From assembly GCA_051746725.1 (NCBI GenBank), contig JBNJFI010000003.1:9071-73070 (forward strand): 64,000 bases of DNA. The letters run 5' to 3'. The notes under the pieces are model-generated. The model made no database searches, had not been told where the DNA came from, and saw only the letters and a program-made list of their open reading frames with translations. Shown one piece after another: positions 1 to 9,451 of this stretch (position 1 is the first letter of the stretch; each line of letters begins with the position of its first letter). This stretch comes from Fusobacteriota bacterium (lineage in GTDB: Bacteria; Fusobacteriota; Fusobacteriia; Fusobacteriales; JBNJFI01). The translations under genes were made by a program, and so were the position numbers.

Positions 1-501
1 TCATTTTCTGCCATGAAAAATAATGATAAAATTGGAAGTATTCTTTTTACAGATAAGATAGATAAAATTATCCCTTCCAAAAAAGGGAAAAAGCATGTAT
101 TATCTATTATAGAAAATATTTTAGATTATAAATCAGAAAATAAAAAAACTGATATACAAAATGCACTAGAATATTTTAACCGAATACAAAAAAAACGAAG
201 CATTGTATTTTTAATATCTGACTTTTTAGATTCTGGATATGAAGACCAAATAAAGATGATATCAAAAAAGCATGATTTAGTCTTAATTAGAATAATTGAT
301 AGAATGGAAGAAAAATTACCCAAAGGTGCTATATTTTCATTTGAAGATTTAGAAACAGGAGAAGAAATTACTATAGAAAATTTAAAAAAGGATAGAACCT
401 TAAATATAAACAAGAATATTCCTTCTAAAAATTTGATAACTATATATACTGATGAAGATTATATAAAACCATTAAAGCTCTTTTTTGAAAAGAGAATATA
501 A
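1..501 (+). CDS. DUF58 family (vWA-like) protein of a MoxR/Bat locus, 5'-truncated by the window edge
   Basis: Frame is open from base 1 (SFSAMKNNDKIG...). Motifs NDKIG-SILFTD, KKGKKHVL, IVFLISDF and FEDLETGE are typical of the DUF58 C-terminal half. Lies upstream of a BatA-like gene. Confidence 0.8.
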   Translation, partial: SFSAMKNNDKIGSILFTDKIDKIIPSKKGKKHVLSIIENILDYKSENKKTDIQNALEYFNRIQKKRSIVFLISDFLDSGYEDQIKMISKKHDLVLIRIIDRMEEKLPKGAIFSFEDLETGEEITIENLKKDRTLNINKNIPSKNLITIYTDEDYIKPLKLFFEKRI

Positions 502-552
502 ATCATAACAAATTAAATTAATAAATTTAATAATTTTAAAGAGGGGAAAACA

Positions 553-1317
553 ATGAAAAAAATAATAATAGCTTTATTTGTTTTAATCGGAATCACAATT
601 TTTTCTCAAAAAATATATATTGGGGATTTAGTTAATTTAAGTATCGAAGGAAAAAACATAACTAAAAATCAAATAGAAGAAAAATTTAAGGGGTTTGAAA
701 TAGAAAAATTAGTCAAAAAAGATAATGGATATGAATTATCCATTAGAAGCTTTGAAACAGGAACCCATAATATTTCAATTGGAAATACAGATCTTGAAAT
801 TATAGTTGAATCTGTTATAGAGGAAAAAGATAAATCAGATCCAAACAAAATATTAGATGTTACAGAAAAAGGTCAAATAGAAATTGATCTTTTAAAATCA
901 CCTTTGCCAATAACCTATTTTTTAATAGGAATTGCCATTTTTATATTTATGATTATAATACTAATTATATTAAAATTCTGTAAATCAAGGAAACACAATA
1001 GGGAATCTTCTTTCCAAAGATTTATAAATCAAATTAGAAATATTGAATCAGAGGAATATTTTTTTGAATTAACTAAAATATTTAAAGAGTACATATATAA
1101 CAGATACAAAATAAAAATATCCGGGAAAACATCCAAAGAAATTTTAAAGGAAGTGCCTGGTCAGATTGACAAGGAAAAATTAAAAGCATGGCTTGATTTT
1201 GCAGATTTATGTAAATTCGGTGGATTAGTTCCCACTCCTGAGGAGAAAGAACTATATAAAAATATGCTGGTAGAAATTATACAAAAATCAGAAGAGGAAA
1301 TATTTGAGGTGGAATAA
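553..1317 (+). CDS. Exported single-pass membrane protein of the Bat locus (BatD/DUF4381-like)
   Basis: Signal peptide MKKIIIALFVLIGITIFS, one TM segment (YFLIGIAIFIFMIIILII), C-terminal ADLCKFG resembling the ADLVKFA motif of proteins found between DUF58 and batA. Confidence 0.55.
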   Translation: MKKIIIALFVLIGITIFSQKIYIGDLVNLSIEGKNITKNQIEEKFKGFEIEKLVKKDNGYELSIRSFETGTHNISIGNTDLEIIVESVIEEKDKSDPNKILDVTEKGQIEIDLLKSPLPITYFLIGIAIFIFMIIILIILKFCKSRKHNRESSFQRFINQIRNIESEEYFFELTKIFKEYIYNRYKIKISGKTSKEILKEVPGQIDKEKLKAWLDFADLCKFGGLVPTPEEKELYKNMLVEIIQKSEEEIFEVE

Positions 1318-2276
1318 TGTTTGAATTTGCTAATATATATTTTTTATTGTTAATACCAATAGCGTTATTTATTTTTTTAAGAAAAAGGAAAACAAATAAT
1401 ATAAAATTTTCAAGGATTTCTTTATTTAAAGATCAAAACATAAAAAAAACCATAAAACATAAAATAGGGCCTTATATTATATTATTAGCTGTTATCTTGT
1501 TTATAATAGCTTTGGCTCGTCCAAGAATTTCAACTAAAAACCAAATCATAGAAAGAGATGGACTTGATATAATAATAAGTATGGATATTTCTAGAAGTAT
1601 GGAAGCTCAAGATTTTAAACCTAATCGTTTAGAGGCTGCAAAAAAGGTTGGTATAGATTTTGTGGAAAAAAGAGAAAGTGATAGGATAGGTTTTGTTGTG
1701 TTTAGTGGAACAGCTTATACAAAGATACCGTTGACTTTAGATCATTTAGTATTAAAAGAAACTATATCTAGAGTTAATTTCAATGATGTTTCTAAAAGAG
1801 GGACTGCAATTGGAATGGGGATATCTGTTGCTTTAAATAGATTAAAGGATAGTAAGTCAAAATCTAAAGTGATAATTTTATTAACAGATGGAGAAAATAA
1901 TACTGGGGAGATAAACCCCATAACCGCAATGAATTTAGCAAAAGAATTAGATGTAAAAATATATACTATTGGAGTTGGAGCTGAGACTATAACTCAAAAT
2001 ACTTTCTTCGGGAAACGTGAGGTTAAAAATACTGCCTTAGATGAAGAACTTTTAGAAAAAATATCTAGAGAAACTAAAGGTAAGTATTTTAGAGCAAAAG
2101 ATTTAAAAAGTCTAGAAGAAATTTTTAATAATATTGATAAATTAGAAAAAACAAAAATAGAGGATAAAAGTTTTTATAATTATAATGAGTTATATTACGT
2201 TCTAGTAAAAATTGGACTACTTTTATTAATTATAGGATTATTTTTTGAAAAAATATTATTTTTAAAAATTCCATAA
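1317..2276 (+). CDS. batA: BatA-like VWA domain protein
   Basis: N-terminal BatA TM motif (FANIYFLLLIP...ALARP), MIDAS DISRSM, GTAIG, LLTDGENN, IYTIGVG, C-terminal TM. Confidence 0.85.
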   Translation: MFEFANIYFLLLIPIALFIFLRKRKTNNIKFSRISLFKDQNIKKTIKHKIGPYIILLAVILFIIALARPRISTKNQIIERDGLDIIISMDISRSMEAQDFKPNRLEAAKKVGIDFVEKRESDRIGFVVFSGTAYTKIPLTLDHLVLKETISRVNFNDVSKRGTAIGMGISVALNRLKDSKSKSKVIILLTDGENNTGEINPITAMNLAKELDVKIYTIGVGAETITQNTFFGKREVKNTALDEELLEKISRETKGKYFRAKDLKSLEEIFNNIDKLEKTKIEDKSFYNYNELYYVLVKIGLLLLIIGLFFEKILFLKIP

Positions 2277-2293
2277 AATAATAATTATAAAAT

Positions 2294-2317
2294 TTTGAGA
2301 CTTACTTTGAGACTTAC
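2294..2317. repeat. Perfect 12-bp tandem duplication (TTTGAGACTTAC x2)
   Basis: Read directly at 2294-2305 and 2306-2317, just before the GGGAG RBS of the MBL gene. Confidence 0.9.
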
Positions 2318-2331
2318 AGAGAGGGAGTAAA

Positions 2332-2940
2332 ATGGAAATAAAAAAATTTGTATTAGATAATTTAGAATCCAATAGTTATTTATATTATAATCTAAAAAGT
2401 AAAGAAACTTTTTTGATAGACATTGGAGGAAAGAACATTAAAGATATTCTTGAGTATATAAAAGCTAATAAACTAAATCTGACAAAACTGATTTTAACCC
2501 ATGGACATATAGATCATATAGAAGGATTAAAGAGATTAATTCAATATAAAAATGATTTGCAAATTTATATAGGTCAAGAAGATTTAGAATTTTTATATGA
2601 CTCCAATCTTAATTTATCAACATATGTAAATGGATATGATTTTAAAATTAGCAAAGATATAAATATAAAAACTTATGATTCTAAAAATCCAATTGGAATA
2701 TTAAACCCAATTGATTCTCCTGGACATACTAATGGGAGTAAGATGTTATATGACAAAAAAGAAGGGGTTTTATTTTCAGGAGATGTAATATTTAAAAATG
2801 GAATAGGAAGAACTGATTTTCCAACAGGATCAATAAAAAAAATGGAAACTACTATGAAAAAACTTTTAAGTTTTCCAAAGTCAACAGTGGTCTATCCTGG
2901 ACATGGTCCGAAGTTTAGGTTAGAAGAAAAATTAGATTAA
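2332..2940 (+). CDS. MBL-fold metallo-hydrolase (glyoxalase II-like)
   Basis: THGHIDH, PGHT, FSGD, GRTD and YPGHG motifs. Confidence 0.9.
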   Translation: MEIKKFVLDNLESNSYLYYNLKSKETFLIDIGGKNIKDILEYIKANKLNLTKLILTHGHIDHIEGLKRLIQYKNDLQIYIGQEDLEFLYDSNLNLSTYVNGYDFKISKDINIKTYDSKNPIGILNPIDSPGHTNGSKMLYDKKEGVLFSGDVIFKNGIGRTDFPTGSIKKMETTMKKLLSFPKSTVVYPGHGPKFRLEEKLD

Positions 2941-2955
2941 TACAAGGGGGAAAAA

Positions 2956-4266
2956 ATGAAGAAAGCTATATTAATATTTTTATCTTTATCAACATTTATA
3001 TTTTCGTATGATTCTACTGCAGATGATACTACAGAGTTATCAGTTACGATATATAATAATAATTTTGGGGTAGTAAAGGAGAAAAGAAATCTGGACCTAA
3101 AAAGAAATGATACCTTAATAAATTATAAAGATGTTGCGCAGCATATTGAAACTGATTCACTTATTATAAAAGGAGTGAATATATTAGAATCTAATTATGA
3201 ATATGATTTAGTTAATAAACAAAAACTTTTAAGTCGGTATTTAGGAGAAAAAATATATATAATGGATGAAACTCAAAAAAGGGAATATAAGCTATTGAGT
3301 GTGAATAATGGAATAGTAGTTCAAAATACAGAAACTCAGGAAATATATCTAGACCCTAAAGGTCAAATGATATTACCTGAATTGAAAAAAGAGTTACAAA
3401 TTAAACCATCATTTATATGGGAAATTGAAAGTGGAAGGTCCGATAACTATATAGATGTCTCATATTTAACTAAAAAAATTAATTGGGAAGCAAATTATGT
3501 TTTGAATTTAAAAGATAAAAGACTAGATTTAATAGGTTGGGTAAATATTGAAAATAATTCTGGAAAAGATTATAAGAACTCCAACCTAAAATTAATAGCT
3601 GGAGATGTAAAAAGAGTTCAAGAAAATCCCAAAATGAAATACTTAGCTTCTAGATCAAGTGCAAATGCTGAAAGTCAAGTTAAAGAACAATCCTTTTTTG
3701 ACTACCATATTTATGAGATAAAAAGAAAGACAGATCTAAAAAATAATCAGGATAAACAAATTAAATTTATAAAAACAACTAATTCTAAATTTAAAAAATA
3801 TTATAAATTTAGTAATTATGATCAAAAAGTAAGAATAATGATCCAATTTGAAAACAGTGAACAAAATCGTTTAGGTTCTCCTTTGCCAAAAGGTAAGGTA
3901 AAGGTCTATAAAGAAGAAAAAGATATGAAAGAATTTGTTGGGGAAGATAGAATAGATCATACTCCTAAGGACAAAAGCATAAAATTGAATATAGGAACTG
4001 CTTTTGACATAGAAGGAGATTTAAAACAAAAAGATTATGACAAGTTAAATCGAAATTTAAATGAAAAAGAAATGGAATATACATTTAAAAATCATAAAGA
4101 TGAAGATGCACAAATTCAAGTAGAGCATAATTTAAATGGAGACTGGGAGATAATAAATACCAGTGATGAGTATCAAAAAGAAAGCAATCAAAAGGTATTA
4201 TTTGATATAGAAGTTCCTGCCAATGAAACTAAAAAAATAAACTTTAGATATAGAGTTGGTAATTGA
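2956..4266 (+). CDS. DUF4139 family exported protein
   Basis: Signal peptide; LSVTIYNNNFGVVKE, SYLT..INWEANY, NNSGKDY, PLPKGKV, FVGEDRIDHTP, GTAFDI. Confidence 0.75.
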   Translation: MKKAILIFLSLSTFIFSYDSTADDTTELSVTIYNNNFGVVKEKRNLDLKRNDTLINYKDVAQHIETDSLIIKGVNILESNYEYDLVNKQKLLSRYLGEKIYIMDETQKREYKLLSVNNGIVVQNTETQEIYLDPKGQMILPELKKELQIKPSFIWEIESGRSDNYIDVSYLTKKINWEANYVLNLKDKRLDLIGWVNIENNSGKDYKNSNLKLIAGDVKRVQENPKMKYLASRSSANAESQVKEQSFFDYHIYEIKRKTDLKNNQDKQIKFIKTTNSKFKKYYKFSNYDQKVRIMIQFENSEQNRLGSPLPKGKVKVYKEEKDMKEFVGEDRIDHTPKDKSIKLNIGTAFDIEGDLKQKDYDKLNRNLNEKEMEYTFKNHKDEDAQIQVEHNLNGDWEIINTSDEYQKESNQKVLFDIEVPANETKKINFRYRVGN

Positions 4267-5024
4267 TGGGCAAAAAAGTTATATATATTTATATTGTTTT
4301 TTCTCTGATAATATCAACGACTATTTTTGGACTTGATTTTGAATATGAAAAAATAAATTTAAAAGCTGACTGGAACCGGATAAAAGATATTAACAATCAG
4401 AAACTTGAGATCAAAAAAAAAGATATTGGAAAATTTGGGATATTGGTTGGTACTGTTTTTTTGACAGATAGATATATAGACGAAGCAATTTCCAATATAA
4501 AAAACGAATCTTTAGATGAATATACTGACTTAGTTAATCCTCTTGGAGGTCCATTTGCCGGAAAATTAATATTAGGAAGTTATGCCACAGGAATAATATT
4601 GAGAAATGACAGGTTAAAACAGACTTCATTTACCTCATTTGAATCCACTTTATTAGCAGGAGTTACCACTGGGATTTTAAAACATACTTTTGGTCGTGGA
4701 AGACCTGAAATAGAAAAAGAGTCAAATGATAATCCGTATAAATTTAAGCCTTTCGGAACTTTTTCAAACAAGGATTATGATTCTTTGCCTTCTGGTCATA
4801 GTACTATAGCATGGGCTATGCTTACTCCATTTGCAGAGGAATATACTAGATTAATTTATATAGTACCTGCATCTGTTTCCTTTGCGAGGATATATAAAGA
4901 CAGACATTGGACTTCAGATGTATTAGTAGGTGGTGCTATAGGATTTGGGATAGGCTATACTTTATCTAAATGGCATAAAAAAAATATAGAGTTTTATGGA
5001 AATGGTATCAAAGTAAGATTTTAA
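4263..5024 (+). CDS. PAP2 family phosphatase
   Basis: Three PAP2 motifs: KHTFGRGRP, PSGH, ARIYKDRHWTSD. Confidence 0.85.
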   Translation: MMGKKVIYIYIVFSLIISTTIFGLDFEYEKINLKADWNRIKDINNQKLEIKKKDIGKFGILVGTVFLTDRYIDEAISNIKNESLDEYTDLVNPLGGPFAGKLILGSYATGIILRNDRLKQTSFTSFESTLLAGVTTGILKHTFGRGRPEIEKESNDNPYKFKPFGTFSNKDYDSLPSGHSTIAWAMLTPFAEEYTRLIYIVPASVSFARIYKDRHWTSDVLVGGAIGFGIGYTLSKWHKKNIEFYGNGIKVRF

Positions 5025-5026
5025 GT

Positions 5027-5055
5027 TTGAAACTTTGATTTTAATATGATATAAT
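5027..5055 (+). promoter_or_regulatory. Sigma70-type promoter for ybaB
   Basis: TTGAAA (5027-5032), 17-bp spacer, TATAAT (5050-5055), with extended -10 TG at 5047-5048. Confidence 0.7.
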
Positions 5056-5096
5056 AACAGAGAAATTAATCAATTTAATATAGAGAGGAGACAAAA

Positions 5097-5438
5097 ATGG
5101 TAAGAAAATTAAAAAAGGATAAGGGATCTAAAAATTCGCAAAATATTATGAAACAAGCTCAAGGAATGCAAAAGAAAATGTTGGAAGTACAAGAGGGATT
5201 AAAAGAAAAAGAACTTGAGGCTTCAGTAGGTGGAGGAGCAGTAACAGCAAAAGTTAATGGACAAAAGGAATTATTAGGAATAAAATTAAACCCGGAAGTT
5301 GTAGATCCCGATGACGTTGAGATGCTTGAAGATTTAGTGACTTCTGCAGTTGTAGAAGCAATGAGACAGGCAGAAGAATTAGCAGAAAAAGAGATGAATA
5401 AAGTTACAGGTGGAATAAACATACCGGGTTTAATATAA
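5097..5438 (+). CDS. ybaB: YbaB/EbfC nucleoid-associated protein
   Basis: MKQAQ.MQ, SVGGGAV, VDPDDVEMLEDLV, VTGG.NIPG. Confidence 0.92.
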   Translation: MVRKLKKDKGSKNSQNIMKQAQGMQKKMLEVQEGLKEKELEASVGGGAVTAKVNGQKELLGIKLNPEVVDPDDVEMLEDLVTSAVVEAMRQAEELAEKEMNKVTGGINIPGLI

Positions 5439-5456
5439 ATTAAATCTGAAAAAGTT

Positions 5457-5480
5457 AAGAGAGAGAGATCTCTCTTTTCT
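5457..5480 (+). terminator. Intrinsic terminator after ybaB
   Basis: AAGAGAGA-GAGA-TCTCTCTT hairpin (GNRA loop) followed by TTCTT. Confidence 0.65.
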
Positions 5481-5567
5481 TATATTTAAGGAGATAATAT
5501 CGAAATTGTTTTATGAGTTAAAACGAGATTATTAAAGCATTATATTAAATAAGAATTAGGAGTAAAA

Positions 5568-6413
5568 ATGAAGGACAAATTGGAAATATATTCTTTTAAT
5601 TTTGTTAAAAAAATATTATTAATATTACCTAAGGCTTTAAGATACAAACTTGGAGAATTATTAGGAATCATAATATATTATACAGTTAAAAGTAGACGTA
5701 GAGTAACATATAAAAATTTAAAAATTGCATTTCCAGAAAAAGATAAAAAAGAAATTCGAGTAATTGCTAAAAAATCTTATGAAAATATAGCAAAATCTTT
5801 TTTGGAGATATTATGGTTAGATAAATTAAAAATAGACGTAAAGGGAAAAGAAAACTTAGATAAAGCTCTTAAAAAAGAAAAAGGTGCTATTTTATTATCG
5901 TTACATTTAGATAACTGGGAATTAGCAGGAGCAGCTGTTGCAAAAAAAGGGTATGATTTATATGGAGTTGCAAAAAAGCAACATAACGAAGAGTTTAATA
6001 AAATAATAAACAAAATTAGAGAAAGTGTTGGAATAAAAATTGTTCAACAGGGAAAAGGAAGATCCCCTAGAAAATTAATAAAAGCAATTAAGAATAAAGG
6101 GGTTATTGGTCTCATATCAGATCAATACGTTGATGATGTGGAAGTGGAATTTTTTTCAAAAAAGACAAAGGCGCCATCTGGTGCTGCAACCTTTCAAAGA
6201 AAATTTGAAATACCGGTAGTTCCAATATATGCCATAAGAAATAAAGATAATTCACATACAGTATATATAGAACCAGAATTAAAGTTAAATAGAAGTGATG
6301 ATTCCAAAAAAGATATACAAAATAATACTCAAAAATGCATGAATAAAATACAAGAGATAATCAAGAAAAAACCTGAACAATGGTTTTGGCAACATAAAAG
6401 ATGGAGGGATTAA
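5568..6413 (+). CDS. Lipid A late acyltransferase (LpxL/HtrB family)
   Basis: RRRV..KNLKIAFPE, HLDNWE catalytic motif, SDQ, VEFF, PEQWFWQHKRW; adjacent to kdsB. Confidence 0.88.
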   Translation: MKDKLEIYSFNFVKKILLILPKALRYKLGELLGIIIYYTVKSRRRVTYKNLKIAFPEKDKKEIRVIAKKSYENIAKSFLEILWLDKLKIDVKGKENLDKALKKEKGAILLSLHLDNWELAGAAVAKKGYDLYGVAKKQHNEEFNKIINKIRESVGIKIVQQGKGRSPRKLIKAIKNKGVIGLISDQYVDDVEVEFFSKKTKAPSGAATFQRKFEIPVVPIYAIRNKDNSHTVYIEPELKLNRSDDSKKDIQNNTQKCMNKIQEIIKKKPEQWFWQHKRWRD

Positions 6414-7151
6414 ATGAAAAGTTTAGGTATAATTCCAGCTAGATATGGGTCTACTAGATTTGAAGGTAAACCTTTAGCTAAAATAGATGGTTTCCCAATG
6501 ATAGAATGGGTATATAGACGTTCTCTAAAATCAAAATTAGATAGAGTTATTGTTGCAACTGATGATAAGAGAATATTAAATGCTGTTCTTGATTTTGGAG
6601 GAGAGGCTATGTTAACTGGAAAAGATCATAAAACTGGAACAGATAGAATTAATGAAGTTGCAAAAAAGTTTAAAGATTATAAAATAATACTAAACATTCA
6701 AGGTGATGAACCTTTAATTTATCCTGAGATGATAAATGATCTTCTAGATGGAATGAATGAATCAAAAGTTTTAATGGGGAGCTTAAAACATAAAATTAAT
6801 TCTAAAAAAGATATCGAAAATCCCAATATTGTAAAAGTTATAACAGATAAAAATGGAAATGCTTTATATTTCAGTAGAAGTCAAATTCCATATAATAGAG
6901 GTAATGAAGATATTGATTATTATAAACACATAGGAATATATGGATATAAAAGAAAGTTTTTATTAAATTATAATAAGATGGAGCCAACAAAATTAGAAAA
7001 ATCTGAAAGTTTAGAACAGTTAAGAGTTCTTGAAAATGGATATGACATAAAGATGATTGAAAGTGAATATGAAGTAATAGGAGTAGATACGCCTGAAGAT
7101 TTACACGAAGTTAAGAGAATTATAAAACAACAAGATATAAGTTTAAAATAA
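6414..7151 (+). CDS. kdsB: 3-deoxy-manno-octulosonate cytidylyltransferase
   Basis: IIPARYGSTRFEGKPL, NIQGDEP, ALYFSRS, HIGIYGY, LEQLRVLENG, VDTPED. Confidence 0.96.
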   Translation: MKSLGIIPARYGSTRFEGKPLAKIDGFPMIEWVYRRSLKSKLDRVIVATDDKRILNAVLDFGGEAMLTGKDHKTGTDRINEVAKKFKDYKIILNIQGDEPLIYPEMINDLLDGMNESKVLMGSLKHKINSKKDIENPNIVKVITDKNGNALYFSRSQIPYNRGNEDIDYYKHIGIYGYKRKFLLNYNKMEPTKLEKSESLEQLRVLENGYDIKMIESEYEVIGVDTPEDLHEVKRIIKQQDISLK

Positions 7152-7159
7152 TATATTTT

Positions 7160-7187
7160 AGTAAGAATAAAATCAGTAAGAATAAAA
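7160..7187. repeat. 13-bp direct repeat AGTAAGAATAAAA x2 (period 15)
   Basis: Copies at 7160-7172 and 7175-7187 in the kdsB-decarboxylase spacer. Confidence 0.8.
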
Positions 7188-7229
7188 GAGAATTAAAGCA
7201 TAAAACTTAAAGGAGAAAAACTAAAAAAA

Positions 7230-8405
7230 ATGAAAAACCGAAAAATTCAAAATTATATTTTTGAAGATTATAAAAATGATTTTAAAGAAAAAAAGACGCC
7301 TTTTTTGTATATGGACATGTCAAAAATAGAAAATAATTATATTGAAATGAAAGAATCATTAGAAAATACTGAGATTTTTTATGCTATTAAGGCAAACTCT
7401 AATCGAAAAATTTTACGAAAATTAAAAATTCTAGGATCCTCTTTTGATATAGCTTCAAAAGGTGAATTAAATATACTTTTAGAAGAAGGTGTAGACCCAG
7501 ATAAGATAAGTTTCGGAAATACAATAAAAAAAGAAGAAGATATAAAATATGCTTATGAAAATGGAATTAGACTTTTCGTCGTAGATGAGTTTGCAGAAAT
7601 GGAAAAAGTTGCAAGAGTTGCCAAAGGAAGTAAAGTTTTTATTAGATTATCAGTCGATAATGACAATACTGATTGGCCTTTAACAGAAAAATTTGGATGC
7701 AACAGAGAAAAGGCAGTTGAAATATTAGAAAAGGCAAAAGAAAAAGGTCTGATTCCCTATGGAATTTCCTTCCATGTTGGATCTCAATGTTATAATAAGT
7801 TTGCCTGGAGAAATGCTCTAGAGCAAGTCCGAGAAATTTTTGATAATTTAAAAAATAAAGGAATAAACTTAAAATTTATAAATTTAGGTGGTGGAATTCC
7901 AGTTCAACATATCAAAAAGATTCCAACTGTAAAGGAAATATCAGAAATCATCAATGAAACCATCAAAAAAGAATTTAAAGATTATGATGATTTAAAAATA
8001 GCTTCCGAACCTGGAAGATCTTTAGTTGGAGATGCAGGGACACTTATAACAAAAGTTATACTGAAATCCCAAAGAAAAAAAACATGGTTATATTTAGATA
8101 CAGGGATTTTTCATGGATTATTTGAAACCATTCAAAATTTTAGATACGAAATCATATCAGAAAGTGAACTTTTAAAATTAGATGATCAAGATACAAAAAG
8201 TTATACACTCTCTGGTCCTACCTGTGACAGTATAGATACAATGTATAAAGACATAAATTTACCTGCGGATATAGAAATAGGCGACTATTTATTTATAAAA
8301 AATGCAGGGGCTTATACTACAGCCTATGCTACAAATTTTAATGGCATTAAAGCTCCAAAAATTTATTTTAAAGGAGATGATTATGGACCGAGCAAAAAAG
8401 TATAA
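7230..8405 (+). CDS. Fold-type III PLP decarboxylase, most likely ornithine (or lysine/ornithine) decarboxylase
   Basis: FYAIKAN (PLP lysine), FDIASKGE, KFG, SFHVGSQ, NLGGG, EPGR, GPTCDSID, AGAYT. Confidence 0.85.
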   Translation: MKNRKIQNYIFEDYKNDFKEKKTPFLYMDMSKIENNYIEMKESLENTEIFYAIKANSNRKILRKLKILGSSFDIASKGELNILLEEGVDPDKISFGNTIKKEEDIKYAYENGIRLFVVDEFAEMEKVARVAKGSKVFIRLSVDNDNTDWPLTEKFGCNREKAVEILEKAKEKGLIPYGISFHVGSQCYNKFAWRNALEQVREIFDNLKNKGINLKFINLGGGIPVQHIKKIPTVKEISEIINETIKKEFKDYDDLKIASEPGRSLVGDAGTLITKVILKSQRKKTWLYLDTGIFHGLFETIQNFRYEIISESELLKLDDQDTKSYTLSGPTCDSIDTMYKDINLPADIEIGDYLFIKNAGAYTTAYATNFNGIKAPKIYFKGDDYGPSKKV

Positions 8406-9450
8406 TAATACGAAATTAGTTTTTAATATAATAAGTATATTTCTAAACTTATTTTTACTTTATATTTTAGGTTTTTCTAAATTAGGTAATTATATTCAAG
8501 ATGTCGCTAAAAATTCAACAAATAATAATATGGTTAATATTATTTTATATAGTATATTGACTATAACTCTTATCTTTTTTGCAAATTCAATTTTATCTTT
8601 TTACACAGGTTATATTTTAGAAAAAAAGTATGATCTATCCAATGAAGATATATTTGGATGGCTAAAAAAACAACTAAAAACTTTTTTGATAAGTCTAATA
8701 TTTGGAGTTATAATTATATTAGCAATGCATGTGATTTTATCTAAAACAAAAGGTGATTGGTGGATATATCTATTTAGTTTTTTAGTAATATTTAATTTAA
8801 TTTTAGGAACTTTAGCTCCAGTTATAATTTTTCCGATCTTTTATGATTTTACAGATATAGAAAATGGAGAATTAAAAGAAAAAATATTAGATTTGTGCAA
8901 AAAAGGAAATTTAAAAATAAAAGGAATTTTTAAGTTTAATATGAGTAAAGATACTAAAAAATCCAATGCAGCTTTTACAGGGCTAGGAAAAACTAAAAGA
9001 GTTCTTTTGGCAGATAATCTTCTAGACAAATTCACAGATAGAGAGATTTTATCGGTATTCGCCCATGAATTAGGACATTTTAAGAAAAAACATATATGGA
9101 AAATGATGATTTTTTCTTTTATAATACTTTTGATATCTTTATATTTGATTTCTAGTAATATAAATATAGAAAATCATTCTAAATATATAATTATATTTCA
9201 AATAGCATTTTATTTATCTATTTTGCAAAATATTACTATGGTTTTGGATAATATATATTCAAGAAAAAATGAATATGAAGCTGATAATTATGCAAAAAAG
9301 ATGATGGGGACTGGAGAAGAATTGATTTCAGCATTAAAAAAATTAAAAGAAGAAAATCTAGCTGATGAAAATCCAAATGCAGTTGCAGAATTTATATTTT
9401 ATTCACATCCATCGATAACAAAAAGAATAAAAAATTTGAAAGGGGATTAA
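8383..9450 (+). CDS. M48 (Ste24/CAAX-protease-like) membrane zinc metalloprotease
   Basis: NAAFTGLGKTKR, HELGH, EYEAD, YSHPS...RI; multiple TMs. Start moved to ATG 8383 because AAGGAG lies at 8371-8376. Confidence 0.88.
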   Translation: MDRAKKYNNTKLVFNIISIFLNLFLLYILGFSKLGNYIQDVAKNSTNNNMVNIILYSILTITLIFFANSILSFYTGYILEKKYDLSNEDIFGWLKKQLKTFLISLIFGVIIILAMHVILSKTKGDWWIYLFSFLVIFNLILGTLAPVIIFPIFYDFTDIENGELKEKILDLCKKGNLKIKGIFKFNMSKDTKKSNAAFTGLGKTKRVLLADNLLDKFTDREILSVFAHELGHFKKKHIWKMMIFSFIILLISLYLISSNINIENHSKYIIIFQIAFYLSILQNITMVLDNIYSRKNEYEADNYAKKMMGTGEELISALKKLKEENLADENPNAVAEFIFYSHPSITKRIKNLKGD

Positions 9451-9451
9451 A

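Noticed and set aside
5488..5533. Orphan AAGGAG and weak overlapping inverted repeats between ybaB and the acyltransferase
   Set aside because: No properly spaced start codon follows the SD-like sequence; stems are short, AT-rich and mutually exclusive, so I cannot distinguish them from chance.
8302..8382. Long N-terminal overlap of the M48 ORF with the decarboxylase gene
   Set aside because: AAGGAG at 8371-8376 supports ATG 8383, which reduces the overlap to 23 nt.
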